DNA of 64,000 nt, the filler included, from Sphacelaria rigidula (Eukaryota): the NCBI GenBank assembly GCA_964200075.2. It is 4 parts of 4 records of this genome, joined end to end, with 100 filler letters (N's around TTAATTAATTAA, not from the genome) between each part and the next. Parts side by side here need not be neighbours in the genome. Positions count along the whole stretch, not along the records: positions 1 to 16,005 come from CAXNAA020001525.1; positions 16,106 to 32,108 come from CAXNAA020001526.1; 2 more parts are not named here. One strand, given 5' to 3'. How positions within the stretch are numbered: the first letter of the stretch is position 1; each line of letters starts with the position of its first letter. Of this stretch, positions 13,820 to 25,979 are shown piece by piece. Below the pieces are notes generated by a model. It did not search any database and was not told the origin of the DNA. It worked only from the letters and a program-made list of their open reading frames with translations. The position numbers were made by a program, and so were the translations under genes.

Positions 13820-16005
13820 CTTCCCTTGGATTTCCTCTTCCATGACCATTTTCCATCTGTCAGCATCAGGTTCCGCCAGGGTTTCTTTCGCTGTCGGCGG
13901 TTCCTGTGGTCCAATGACGATTCCGCCCCCGAGAATGCAGAATGCGCCGTTGTCCTGATCTTGTAGAAGGGTGGCGAGGAAATTTCCGTCATCAGAACTG
14001 CTGCCGTCAAAACTTCTAAAGCGTTGCTGTGCGTTATCCCCTCGATGCCGTTGCGCTAGTCGACTGGACCTGCGCAGTCCACTGTCCGGAGAAGAGCGCT
14101 TCGATGATGTCGAATCCTGTGGTGGCTGTCCACCCGGGCTATCATCGCCGTCGATTGGCGCTGCTTCCTTTTCTTCCGATGGTTCGTCCTCGTCATCACT
14201 GAGTTCGACCGCCTCCAGCTCCCCTACAATGCCCAGGATATTGGCCTCAGATTCAAACATGATGTGTGAAGACTTGACGAGCTTTTATTCCTGTAACAGC
14301 CATACATACCAGCAGAGAGAGTGCCGATCGTGTGCCCCACCAAGATGCCCCGCTTCGCTAATGGGTGGAACTTCGCAGCGGCGCCGCGTTGCTGCTTGTG
14401 CTGATGCACGAAACACTCCGATCCCCAAGTACGAAGTCGGTCGTAGTGGAAAGGCTTTCCTGTCAGCCTCTCACATAGGGTCTCGCCCCCGAGGTACTCG
14501 TGGGGCATCCCTGCGGTCTTGAATGCCGTGTCCGCCACAGCGAAGAATCAGTAGTCCTCAGTCCTCTCCGCGTCCGGCTTTCACTAGTTAGCTGCGTGCT
14601 GTCCTCATCAGTTGTTGAATTGCACGTTCAGCAATCCCATTACTCTGCGGTGTCCTTGGCGGTGAGTTGCCCCATTTGATGCCGTGATTGGTCAGCATGC
14701 GTTGAAATTTGACTGACCGTCCAAGTTCCCGAGCGCCGTCTCCGCTGATGCATTTGATGGCCACTCCCTCACGGGCCATTTCGTCGATGTAGGTTCCCGT
14801 GGCGTCAGTGGCCGCATCTCGTGTCTTGAGTCCAACAACGTGCTTGTCTCGACTGGCCTTGTCCACGAAAACCTGAAAGTAGTTCATACCTGTGACATCG
14901 GCGTGGAAAGGGCCTTCAAGATCAGTGTGCACAACTTCACCTGGTCCTTTGGGACTCCTGCCGCCGCGGCCGTAGCTGAGCGCCTCGGACTTGCATTCCT
15001 TGCAGACGCTGCAGCGCATCTCGGACGTCACCGTGGTATCAGTGACATCGATCAGCCCACGCTTCTCGAGGTGTTTTATGGCAGCCGGATCGATGTGCCC
15101 TAAGGTGTCGTGCCACTCCTTCAATGTGAGGCGCTGCTTCTTGTTTGCGAACGAAGCGTGCGCCGACGCCGCATGTTTGCCATCCCCTTGCAGCGATACC
15201 GACAGTGTCAGGAACCCTCTATTCTCGGCTAGGGGGGTCTTCGGTCCATCCTTTCTGAACCGAAGGTAGCTCCCCTTTCTGCCGGAATTCACGAATTCTC
15301 CTCCGTCACGCCGAATTGTTCCGGTAGTCAGCGTCCGGCAAGGTAGTCCAGGGACCCAAAGTACGTCCTTCAGTGTGACCTTTGCCGAAGCCACCTTTCG
15401 ATTGACATGTTTGTGTGAGTGTTGGTCGACGTGCACATGGATACTACTCGCTCATCTTCGACCACCACGTTCATCGTCATGAATGCCTGCGGTATTTCCC
15501 TCCTCCCATTACTTCTACCGTTTTGTGGAGGGGGTGGGAACGTTCGTGCGGGGCTCATCCCCGGCGGTCGTTTCGCTGGAGGTTTGCCGTTAAGGTAGGG
15601 GCGACACTCCCGCCATCTATGATTTCGCTTCAAACAGTAGGCGCATTCTATCGATCCCCGAATCGGTTTTGTTGCCGTCGGTTCTCGATTGGAACGCTAC
15701 TGCCTCGTCGCGGCATTCCATGTCAGACGTTAGATATGCTGATGATGCTACGACTGCCCATTTTAGCTCATCGTACGTCACACGTGGCTGGGTTGTTAGC
15801 TGGATGAATACTTGTGGAAGCGCCTCCTTGATCCCGAGTAAAAGGGCTGCCCTTTTAGTCTCGTCGGCTTTGGCGTTTCCCAGCGCTTCGAATTCCCCCC
15901 AGATGGTGTCCAGCTTCACCATGAAATCTGCTGATTCTTCTGCAGAATTGCATTGGAGATCCCGCAGTCTTCGTTCCAATGCAAGTAGTTGCACAGGCCG
16001 CTCGT
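13820..16005 (-). mobile_element. Ty1/Copia LTR retrotransposon fragment (gag, CCHC knuckle, integrase, RT start), frameshifted and truncated
   Basis: Gag-like 15617-15994; CAYCLKRNHRWREC knuckle at ~15605-15650; EWHDTLGHI...CSVC (HHCC); VHTDLEGP...TPQSNGIAER integrase core at 14588-15436; RLRTWGSECFVH/AKRGILVG; EPPTAKETL...WKMVMEEEI at the RT start. Integrase precedes RT, which is the Copia order. Confidence 0.9.
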
Positions 16006-16105
16006 NNNNNNNNNNNNNNNNNNNNNNNNNNNNNNNNNNNNNNNNNNNNTTAATTAATTAANNNNNNNNNNNNNNNNNNNNNNNNNNNNNNNNNNNNNNN
16101 NNNNN
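16006..16105. other. Artificial contig spacer 44N-TTAATTAATTAA-44N
   Basis: Exactly 100 bp, identical to the other two spacers; the core has stop codons in all six frames. Confidence 0.97.
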
Positions 16106-16172
16106 TGAAGTCCATGTGCCCGTGATGGGAGGAGTCCACATGGCGATCTGATCTTGAGTAACACAAGTCCAC
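16106..16172 (+). mobile_element. End of an LTR of the contig-2 non-autonomous family, opposite orientation
   Basis: Reverse complement of CTCAAGATCAGATGGCCATGTGGACTCCTCCCATCACGGG..TGGACTTCA, which occurs in the LTRs at 18258, 22323, 25980 and 30477. Confidence 0.75.
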
Positions 16173-16335
16173 GGTTTGTGATGTGTAACGTACTTTGCAA
16201 CGTTACGTTTATGACGTGTGACGTATTTCGAAACGTTCCGTTTGTGACGTGCAACGTGTTTTGAAACTTTATCGTGACGTGTAACGAAAAATATACGCCA
16301 CGTTTGTGACGTGTCACGTAAAATGAAACGTTACA
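16173..16335. repeat. Degenerate short tandem repeat (GTGACGTGTAACG-like units)
   Basis: Repeated gtgatgtgtaacgt / atgacgtgtgacgt / gtgacgtgcaacgt / gtgacgtgtaacga / gtgacgtgtcacgt. Confidence 0.6.
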
Positions 16336-16779
16336 CTTCGATCATGTTGAGGGCAACTACATGGGTGCGTTATTGATACACGATAATGATCAGATAGTAT
16401 GATACAAAGATGCGCGCAGGCCACGATGCATACACATACAAACACAAGTATGTACAGATAATACGTTAGTGATTCCTGGTAGTCGGTTGGCATTTTGTAG
16501 GACACCCAACACATAGCATTCCGATTCTGTATTGTTATAATTATTTGTTCTCTCAGCAGGGTGTGTACACAGAAGATCTATATTCTATAAACAGTTTATA
16601 AAACACATGAACTGATGATCCGGTACGAATCCAGCCGCGTTGGCAGGGCGGACATCATAAGGGTAGAAACACATAATGACTCATTGTGCCAAGAATGAAC
16701 AAAAACGTACTCAAAGCCGTTCGAACAGAGACGGACGGCAAAAAAACAGAAAACGAAACAATCCCAACGTAAGAAAACG

Positions 16780-17850
16780 AACAAAAAGCTCGCTCTGCGT
16801 ACCCGCTTCACGCGGGTCACACGCCCCCTATTGTTTTGATCATACAAGGCGTGTCCACAGCTACGCGCTGCTCCGGCGGCAATTCCGCCAACCCGGCATT
16901 CACGTGTCGTTCAAGCAGACACCCCTGCAAATCGTCTGAACGATCTCTCGCCATGTCACTGGAGCAGATAGATGCCCCGAGCTCACCCTGCTCGCTCGCC
17001 GTACGCGAATAACACCCCCCTGCAGCTTCGAGCATGCAAGGAGTATCTCCAGCTACGCGCTGGTCCGGCGGCAATTCCGCCAACCTGGCATCCACCTGTC
17101 CTTCAAGCAGATACCCCTGCAAATCATCTAAACGATCTCCCGCCCTGTCACCATGAGCACGGCAAGCTCCTTGCTCACCCCGCTCGCTCGCCATACGCGA
17201 ATAACACCCCCTGCAGCTTTGCGCATTCAAGGAGTATCTCCTGCTTTGCGCTGGTCCGGCGGCAACAAGCGGCTAGGACCTCCGCCCACCAGTACGTGCT
17301 CATTGACCTATGTAGACCCCGCTCTTTCAACATCGCCAGCAGCAGCAGTAGCAGTATCACCCATACTCGCTACAGCCGCCACCTTCTGTCCGGCTTGCTC
17401 CTTGACGGCAATAGCGACAACGCCTCTAGCACTCTCGTGCCTGCGCACTCCGACTGGCTTATGTTGTGTCGCCTTCTTGCCCGTCAGAATGTCGTGCCTG
17501 TCTCCACCGCCGCCGACCTTCACACTATCTTGCACTACACTCGGCGATGCATAAGATGCATGCTTGCGCAGCGCAAAGAGCGATTTCTCTCGCCCAACAT
17601 CATTCGCACCATCCAAAAATGTGTCAAACAGACAGTCCTCGATATGTGCGGACATGAGGTCAAAGACCGCTGGCTCCTCAACAACGTGCCAGCGTGCTTG
17701 ACGCTCATTCGTTGCGGATTTTCGGGGGTGTTGTTAAGTAGTTCACCTCTACTACACGTTCAGGTGCTTACGGAGCTGCACGGAGATGCATGGAGGATTG
17801 GATATGAGATTTGCATCATAATATTAGGTCATAAAATATTATCTGGAGTA
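16780..17850 (-). mobile_element. Older relic of the gag-only LTR family (gag N-terminus plus duplicated downstream segment)
   Basis: DLMSAHIEDCLFDTFLDGANDVGREKSLFALRKHA is homologous to the gag at 21278-21856. DLQGCLLERHVNAGLAELPPEQRVAVDTPCM is shared with 20140-21039 and 28544-29200. Confidence 0.7.
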
Positions 17851-18257
17851 TGACTATGACTACTTGAAAGTATAAAGTGTCCAAGGAGGTGTAGTAGGAT
17901 ACTTCCGATAACGAAGACTATGTGTCTGTGAACAACATCTGTCTTGAAGTCTCCAACCACGTCTCCAAGAAGTCTTCTTAATGGAAGCTTTTAAGCTTTA
18001 TTGCACCACTCAACTCATAAGCATACTGTACAAAAAATCATGACTCAAACCACTTCGCAAGCCATGAATTCCAATCGAACAACGGCGAACGGATCTCGAC
18101 CTCCGCCATCATTGATCACCCGTAGTGATATCCTTCTCAAACTCGATTTACCGAGTACATTGGATAGAATTTTTCAACTTGGATTCAGGACCGTGATATT
18201 CCATCGGTCTATTAATCGCGATGGAAAATGCAGCTCATGTCCCAACAGACTTGCAGC

Positions 18258-21200
18258 GATACACTCCTGTCACTCAAGATCAGATTGCCACGTGGACTCC
18301 TCCCATCACGGGTACGTGGACTTCAGCAGCTTTAGTTATTCATGTATTAACCCTCAGCACAGTACAGGAGAACAGGATCATATAGCCTCTCTCCACCAGA
18401 GTAATAAAACCGGCTGTACTCGTCATGGAGGTCACCATCACAGAGTCCAGCAATCAGACCCGCGACTCCACCTACAATGCCCCTGACCTCAGGTAACAAT
18501 GGTGGCTATAGTCTACAGCACCCCCAAAGATCTCTCCTACAAGTAGTTACATCAGAGCTTGACGAACCCAGACATCATTGGGGCCTGATAGTACCGTCGT
18601 TTTCCGCAAAGAATAGCAATCTCTTCCGCTGCTTTCGCCAACAGCTCCATACAGGCTTGCCCCACTTCCAAACAACTCGCAAGAGATTCCAAGACAATAT
18701 CGTCCATCATAAACATGCAACCACACTACTTGCACCACTTCGAGTTACAAAGCGATAGCTAGCGCCAAATTCTCAAATCTTCGCCCAAAACAAGTCTCTT
18801 GACTCTTCATGGGCACGCAACCGAAAATAACAGCGAACGTCAAATCCCAGAGCATTCGTGACTCATCGCCTCTCTCACCAGAGACAACGTTCAACACCAG
18901 CGCAACGGAGTGCAATAGCCAAATGATACATCATCCTCATGCTAGAAGAAAACAATGCATCCAACACGCCTAAAACGCACTTGGAATCTTGCTTCTGCAA
19001 CACCGTAAAAAACGTATGCATCGCATGCCTCCCCGCCGTCAAAGCTCCCATGCTTCAACTTGCCTTCATTTCATAAAGACAATCAAAGGAAAGCCATGGC
19101 TCAGACCGCTTTCAAGTCATGCATACTCAACCAACGACGGCGAACATACGTCGACCTCCGCCATCATTCATCACCCGTAGTACTATCGTTCTCAAAGTCT
19201 TGCTTTCGAGCAAATCCCGGACATTTCTATATTTCGTTTGGATCTTGGACCGTCATATCCCATCCGTGCATCAGCCAACATGTAAATATAACGATCTCCT
19301 CGACTCTCTTGCAGTCCACCTGCACCAGTTCTTTGAACAAATGGACGCATCATCCACATGCTCTTTCTGACATGAACGAAAGACCAACCACGTACTCGTT
19401 CAAACACGTGACAATCCATACAAGAACATGCCACGGTCAAAGATCAGTGATGCATGCCTGCATAGTGTCTTTATCTTCAACCACCGGAAGCACTCGCGTC
19501 ATACGTGCTCACATACGACGAGCCTACGCATTTCGTAGGTTTTGCTCATTTTCACGCTAACAGCAGCAATCCATATATCCTGCAGTCAGTACGTGCAAAC
19601 CGCACAAATACGATTCGACTGTGTTCCTGCGCGAGTAAGATTATACGAGCTTCACGTCATTTAGCATACAGCAGTATATTGAAAACTGCCCCACTCTAGG
19701 TCGTCACCAGATACCATTCATATCAGTACCATTCGAGCAAAAATTCGCACATGCCTGCCAGAATTCCACTCAGCATATGAAAATCCGCACATGCATGCCT
19801 ATATTTCACTCAGCACATGCAATGTCACCTTCCTCGCAGCAAACACCATGCATCATCCATGCCAACCAGATCGGTGCAACACACGCATGCCAAATACCCA
19901 CGTGTACGCCAGACTTTTACCCTACACACGCGATACGATCATACTGGCTCAATAACCATGTTTCATGCGCAAGCATGACCATAAGCCACACAATAACAAG
20001 CTGCAATCATTTTCAGAACGATTCGCGAATACCAGTCATAATGGATGTGTTTCCTCATTCTCAACAAGCACTCAATCACCACAGCACTTACTCCTCAACA
20101 TCAGTACCCCACTCGGCGCTCACCACAAACGCAAACACCTCAGGTAATGCCTTCTTTGTAGTCCTCCAGCCCACTCCTGAGAAACAGCAGCACTCGAACC
20201 ACAACCCAGTGCACAGCGTAGAGCAGCCTTTCCTCTCGGACGCTCTCTCCTTGCACCTTCAGTCTAGCTACACCTGGCACCCCCATGATGTAGCTCAACA
20301 CGCCTCTAAAAGTTATATTCGCACCGCCAAACCAATGCGACAAATCCCCCGCCCCCACAGACACTTGCGCAGTACTGAACAACTGTGCTTCAGTCAGTTT
20401 TACAGAGGAAACCAGAGGCGAAACGGAAACAGCTACACAGTCCCGAACAGCAACACCTCCTGATGGCACACTACCCTCCTCAAACACCCCGCGGCGAAAC
20501 AGTGGAGACACGTCCGCCATCGCCGCCAAATACGCCAAACCTGTCCATGTAAACAGCAATGCACACGACCACTTCAACACCACGCGACGCTCGTCATCGC
20601 CGTCAGAATTGTGATCGCTAACAGCATCACGAGCCTGCAACTCGCTCTGCGGACCCGCTTCACACGGGTCACACGCCCCTGTTGTTTCGCTCATGCAAGC
20701 CGTGTCCACAGCTACGCGCTGCTCCGGCGGCAATTCCGCCAACCCGGCATCCACCTGTCGTTCAAGCAGACACCCCTGCGAATCATCCGAAAGATCTCTT
20801 GCCATGTCACTGGCGCAGATAGATTCACCATAAGCACGGCAAGCTCCTTGCTCACCCTCCCCGTTCACAATACGCGAATAAGACCCCCCTTCAGCTTCGA
20901 GCATGCAAGGAGTATCTCCAGCTCTGCGCTGGTCCGGTGGCCACAAGCAACCGGGACCTCCGCCAACCAGTACTTGCTCATTGGCGAATGTAGGCCCCGC
21001 CCTCGCAACATCGCCAACAGCAGCAGCAGTATCACCCATACTCGCTCGCTACAGCCGCCACTTTTTGCTCAGCGCACTCCTGAACTGCAACAGCGGCAGC
21101 TGAGCGGCCTGCAGTCTGCTCGAGCGACGTGACATATTCGCCCTCTCCAGCAGAAATACCAGCAGCTTCCAAACCAATTCTTACCGTGGTACTTTCGGCG

Positions 21201-22579
21201 GGCGCGTACTCATGCCTCCCCGCTTTGATAGACACGTGCTGTGTCTCCTTCCCGCTTTGCACTGTTTCTATCGTGGGTTAAGACGCGCCATACCGGGCTG
21301 CACGTTCAGCGGTTGCACTATCGCGCCTATCCCATCGGGCAGACACATGCTTCTCGGCTGTCACAGGGCAAGCAGCTGCCCTGTATCGTTGTTTCAAACG
21401 CGCAGCACCTACTGCACGTTCGACGGGTGCGCTGTCGTGCCTGTCCCCTCGGGCAGACACATGTTTCTCGGTTGTCACAGGGCAGGCAGCTTCACCGGAC
21501 GGTGCATGGTTGCGTAACGCGAAAAGCAACTGCTCGTCCTCAACATCATAATCATGTTGCAAGAACATGTCACACAGAAATATAACAATATATTTCGGCA
21601 TGAGCTCAGAAACTGCTGCCACCTCAAAGAGGTTTGTCCACCGCGCGTTCACCTGTTCTACATCCCGCAAATATTGCTCGTATTTGCGTAAAAACTCGCC
21701 CGATTTCTCGCTCGAAAATTTGCGGCCGTAGGACGGCATCTCCAGCGCCAGTATAGGAACAACACGACCGACGATGGCATATTCCTGCGCCTCGTACATT
21801 TCAGTCAGCAGGACAGTACTCCACACGCCGTTTTGAAAAACGAAGTCGCCTCCCACTCACAGGAACAACAACTCTCCCCTTTCACCGAGACGCGCTGTTC
21901 CACCTTACAACGATAATGGCCACAGCGCCTCTTCCTCACGCAGGTCTCCTCACCACATGTTTGAAGTCCTTACACTCCTGTTCATGGCCGTACTTGGCCA
22001 AGCGTGGAACAAGCAACTCTCGCTGGCTCCACTAGGCAGTACGATAATTGCGCCGCTTTTTCTGGAACGCGCATAGGCTCGCCAGCTGTCGATCAACGCT
22101 CCGCACCTCTCGCACGAGCGATACCACAGCCCACCCTAGCACTGCCTCAGAACCTCCCCGGCTCTACTTTTCCAACTCTTGCGACGTTAACACGCCTGGA
22201 GCTGGTCTTGTTTGCTGCAAACTGATCAGGCCTGCAGACTTCTCTATCTTGAAATGTCAGCTGCTTTTCAGCGGACCTACCGCCTCAGCGGACTTAATNN
22301 NNNNNNNNTAATGAACGTTCATTATAGACTTCAGTCACTCAAGATCAGATTGCCATGTGGACTCCTCCCATCACGGGTACGTGGACTTCAGCAGCTCTCA
22401 ATATTTATGTATTAACCCTCATCATAGTACAGGAGAACAGGACCAGATAGCCTCTCCACCAGAGTAACAAAGCCGGCTGTACTCGTCATGGAGGTCCCCA
22501 TCACAGAATCCGGCAATCAGACCCGCAACTTCACCTACAAAGTCCCTGACCTCAGGTAACAATGGTGGCTAGGTCTACA
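18258..22579 (-). mobile_element. Complete non-autonomous Gypsy-type LTR element (copy A, ~4.3 kb)
   Basis: LTRs at 18258-18517 and 22323-22579; 4-bp TSD CAGC (18254-18257 / 22580-22583); GCACCCCCAAAG next to the 3' LTR; gag-like ORF 21278-21856; no intact pol. Confidence 0.88.
21278..21856 (-). CDS. Gag-like ORF with C-terminal 38-aa repeats (element copy A)
   Basis: PSYGRKFSSEKSGEFLRKYEQYLRDVEQVNA...QLLFALRNHA aligns with the chromovirus gag at 41900-42625 (PSYGNLYFECASRSFYTKYVEYKKRVEHANA...QLAAAIKKHA). Confidence 0.7.
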   Translation of the reverse strand: MGGDFVFQNGVWSTVLLTEMYEAQEYAIVGRVVPILALEMPSYGRKFSSEKSGEFLRKYEQYLRDVEQVNARWTNLFEVAAVSELMPKYIVIFLCDMFLQHDYDVEDEQLLFALRNHAPSGEAACPVTTEKHVSARGDRHDSAPVERAVGAARLKQRYRAAACPVTAEKHVSARWDRRDSATAERAARYGAS

Positions 22580-23435
22580 CAGCTCACCTGCATCGCTTCC
22601 CTAAACAAACGGACACTCCATCCATATAATCCTCCCTGATGGAAATAGAATATTTCTTCAAAGACGCTCCATAGCCGAAGATCACTCACCTTTCACCACA
22701 AGAAACACTCGGGTTTCCTTTCGCACATACGAGCCTATGCATTTCGTAGTTACTGCTCATTTTAACGCCACCAGCAGCAATCACCATCTCCTATAGTCAG
22801 TGCCCACAAACTGCACAATAATGACTTCGCCGCGTGTCTGTATGAACACGCATATACGAGGTTTACCTCATCGAGCCTACAGCATAATATTGAAAACTGC
22901 CTCACCCTGACTCTTCGCCAGTTACCATGCGCACTAACATAATGTAGCGAACATTCCACTGACAAATGCCAGCAATTCACGCAGCGAATGCAATGCGATC
23001 TTCCTCGCAGCAAACACCATGCATGGTCCGTGCCAATCAGATTAGCACAACACACACATTCCGAATATGCACATGTACGCCAGAGTTTTACTCTGCACAC
23101 GCGATACGATCAGACTCGCTCGACAACCATGTTTCATGCGCAAACATGACCACAAACCACACAATTACAAGCTGCAATCATTTTCAAAACGATTCGCGAA
23201 TACCAGTCATAATGGATGTGTTTCCTCATTCTCTACAAGGACTCAATCATCTTAGCCCTTGCTCCTCAACGTCAGCACCCAATGCCGCTCTCACCACAAC
23301 AACAAGAGCCTCAGGTAATGCCTTCTTTGTAGTCCTCCAGCCCACTCCTAAGACATAGCAGGACTGGAACCACGACCCCGTACACAGCATAGAGCAGCGT
23401 TTCCACTCGAACACTCGCTCCTCGCGCCATGGGTC

Positions 23436-24200
23436 TGTGAACCTGTCTGGAATCAGGACAAGGTTACAGTGCTGCTCCAGGGGCTTCTTCCCTGTCACGG
23501 GCTCCAGAGACTTCAAGGCTTGAGCAGTCTTATAAACAGCAGTCTTTTGTTAACCAGAAGTGACCCTTTTTTGATCCCCTCACAAACACAATATGTTACG
23601 CATTCAACAATCATCCTCCAAGCCGTTGTCACACGATCCAAAGTGATATCCATATGCTACCGTTCTCCTCATGCTAGAGGTGCTACTGTACTTTCTCTAC
23701 AGCAACCCCAAGCTACGTTCTACTCAAAGGTAGAAAACGAGCATGATCATCAGTAGACATCGACAACAAATCTGGGATGTCAACAAAGAACAATCATGCG
23801 AACGATCACCAAGCGGTATACTTGACGAACACCAACCGCATGATACAATCCATCCACGAAGTACCAAGATAACCAGTCATAGTTTGATACCATACTTGGT
23901 CTTCAGACGCTCCCGTACCTCCTTATTCAGTCTCAACTTTCGCAGTTAAGATCGTACAAACTGCGGCGCTCCTCTCCAAATAACATCCCACGGCTCCCAT
24001 GATCTTTCGTCCTCGTCGAAATCTACCCATTCCACACGTACATCGTAGCCATCTCCTTCGTGAGCCTCAGATATCCCGACGATAACCTCCATCTCGAACT
24101 CTCCTGAAGCATATGCATGCTGGAACACCTCCTTCAGATCTGCAGTGACCTCCAGTTCCTTGTCCGCATTGTACCAAGACAGGTGACATGCGCGTCTTTT
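23436..24200 (-). mobile_element. 3' end of a chromoviral Gypsy element: chromodomain and probable LTR (~23436-23633)
   Basis: LEVTADLKEVFQHA...VRVEWVDFDEDERSWEPWDVIW chromodomain, homologous to 37602-37870; TGTGA...TCACA-bounded ~200-bp segment preceded on the minus strand by CTTTGGATCG. Confidence 0.72.
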
Positions 24201-24334
24201 TCCTTGCCATTCACGATATTCTGAATCTCGTAGACATGTTTTTGCTCCGCTGCCACGATCCTTCAAGGCCCTGTCCACGTACTTGCGAGTTTCGGCGTTG
24301 TTCCTGAGCGCACAACTGCATGTTCTACGACACA

Positions 24335-24975
24335 CAGATCACGTGGTGCGGAAAGGTCTTTTCAGGTGGTCAAGGGGCTCATGACCGCGAGAGACTGAGC
24401 GGGCTGGCCAATCTTAAGCGTCCGCGCACAGCAGGCGAGCTTATGCAGTTCCTGCAGTAGGTACACTGGCTGAGAACGTCCCTGTCGCGTTTGGCGGAGG
24501 TGGTGGAGCCGCTGCGGGTATTACTCGAGGAACACATGCAGGGCAACGTGCGCCGTACCAAGCGAGTGGCGTCAAACCGGACAATCCAAGAGTCGGCATG
24601 GACGTCCCGGTGTGCTCAGGCGTGGCACGAGGCGCAAGATTTGGTGGCGCATGCTGTCGCTTTGTCATATCCCAAGCAGGGGTATGAGGTTCTCATGTTT
24701 CCAGACGCATCGGATCTACACTGGGGAATTTTTCTTACGCAGGTGCCGGAGGATGGGCTGGGTGGTGCATTGGCGGTGGAAGACATGAGCCATGAGCCGA
24801 TGGGGTTTCTTAGCGGAACTTTTCGTGGAGCGCAGGTTCGGCAGGCTACGGTGGACAGGGAAGGCTATGCAATCGTAAGTACTTTCCATAGGTTGGATTA
24901 TCTTCTCGGGGGTGGGGTTCATATCTTCACCGATCATCGTAACCTAGAATACATTTTTAAGCCCGAGGCGTGTCG
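24335..24975 (+). mobile_element. Gypsy RT C-terminus / RNase H fragment
   Basis: LAEVVEPLRVLLEE...LMFPDASDLHWGIFLTQVP...HIFTDHRNLEYIF, homologous to 39350-39980. Confidence 0.85.
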
Positions 24976-25979
24976 AACTGCACGTGCGCAGCTTCTGTTG
25001 ACCAATTTTCCCCTCATGGTTTTTGATCCAGGTAGTCAAATCTATCTCAAGGACTGTATAACTTTTCCCCTGTGTGGTGCACCGTGATAGTACTCGTGAC
25101 TCGCGCCTCGTGCTGCTTGGTGCTTGCTGCGGCGCTTGACTGCACACCTTGTGCCATGCTGGGCCAACGCGCATCGCACGCCAACTCCGCCTTGCTGTGT
25201 TTTTGTGTATTTTTGTGATATACGCATATGCACGATGCACTGTGGTACGCGCCGCGTACACAGCGTAACCCCACCTGGTCATTCAGTGCAGCACGGTCAC
25301 ACGGCCAGCCATCCCTGGCTCGCGTATTTGGTCTTGTTACCCTCTCTTTTCTGACAGGAGAACTTTTTTACCACAGGTTTGTTACAGAACAACGCTGCAA
25401 AGGGTGCATCGTCGCTCACAGCCACCTGTTGTTCCCTACTTGAGCCTCGGCCCAGCCAGCTATCCGCCGCTTTCACATTTCAGTATCGATTGTACACGGC
25501 TGGTGCATCTTTCGTTTATGGGTCGTTCGATAATATAACCCGTGCCTCCCCAACAGGTGACTACGGACATGTGTACACGAGAACTGTACCCGTTCTGGCA
25601 CCTTCGCTGCGTCGCGATATACGCCACTCGTAGCTAGTTTGTTGTTGTTATTCTCTTCTAGTGTACTATGCACATCTGTAGAGCAGCGCTGTATATCACC
25701 GTGGTAATTACCAATACTCAGCCCAACGGACTGTGATACTTTTCTCATTGAACCCCTCTCGGCCAAAGAAATAATAAACTGTCCCGAGACCGTTCCGTCG
25801 CGATAATACTCGCTTGTAACATCCCAGACCTACGTTACGTGCTCACTTGGAGCACACGGCACTCAAAACCAGTGCCCCTTGGCTGTGTACCACTTTTTCG
25901 GCACACGCCCTCAGCGTTGCCCTTGTTGCGCACGACTTCAACGTTCATATATGTACGTCGCCCCACCTCCGTTGGGTAA

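Larger units (their letters stand above)
17985..23435 (-). mobile_element. Older, diverged copy of the same family's internal region, split by the 18258-22579 insertion
   Basis: The flanks rejoin as CTTGCAGC|TCACCTGCATCG, matching CTTGCAGTCCACCTGCACCAG at ~19310. 22700-23420 is homologous to 19480-20250. Confidence 0.7.

Noticed and set aside
16050-16061. TTAATTAATTAA as a biological motif or PacI site
   Set aside because: It is centred in identical 100-bp N spacers and is an assembly linker
16972-20463. Long plus-strand ORFs (293, 161, 166 and 228 aa)
   Set aside because: They are antisense to the LTR elements, their frames are not conserved between copies, and they have no domain motifs
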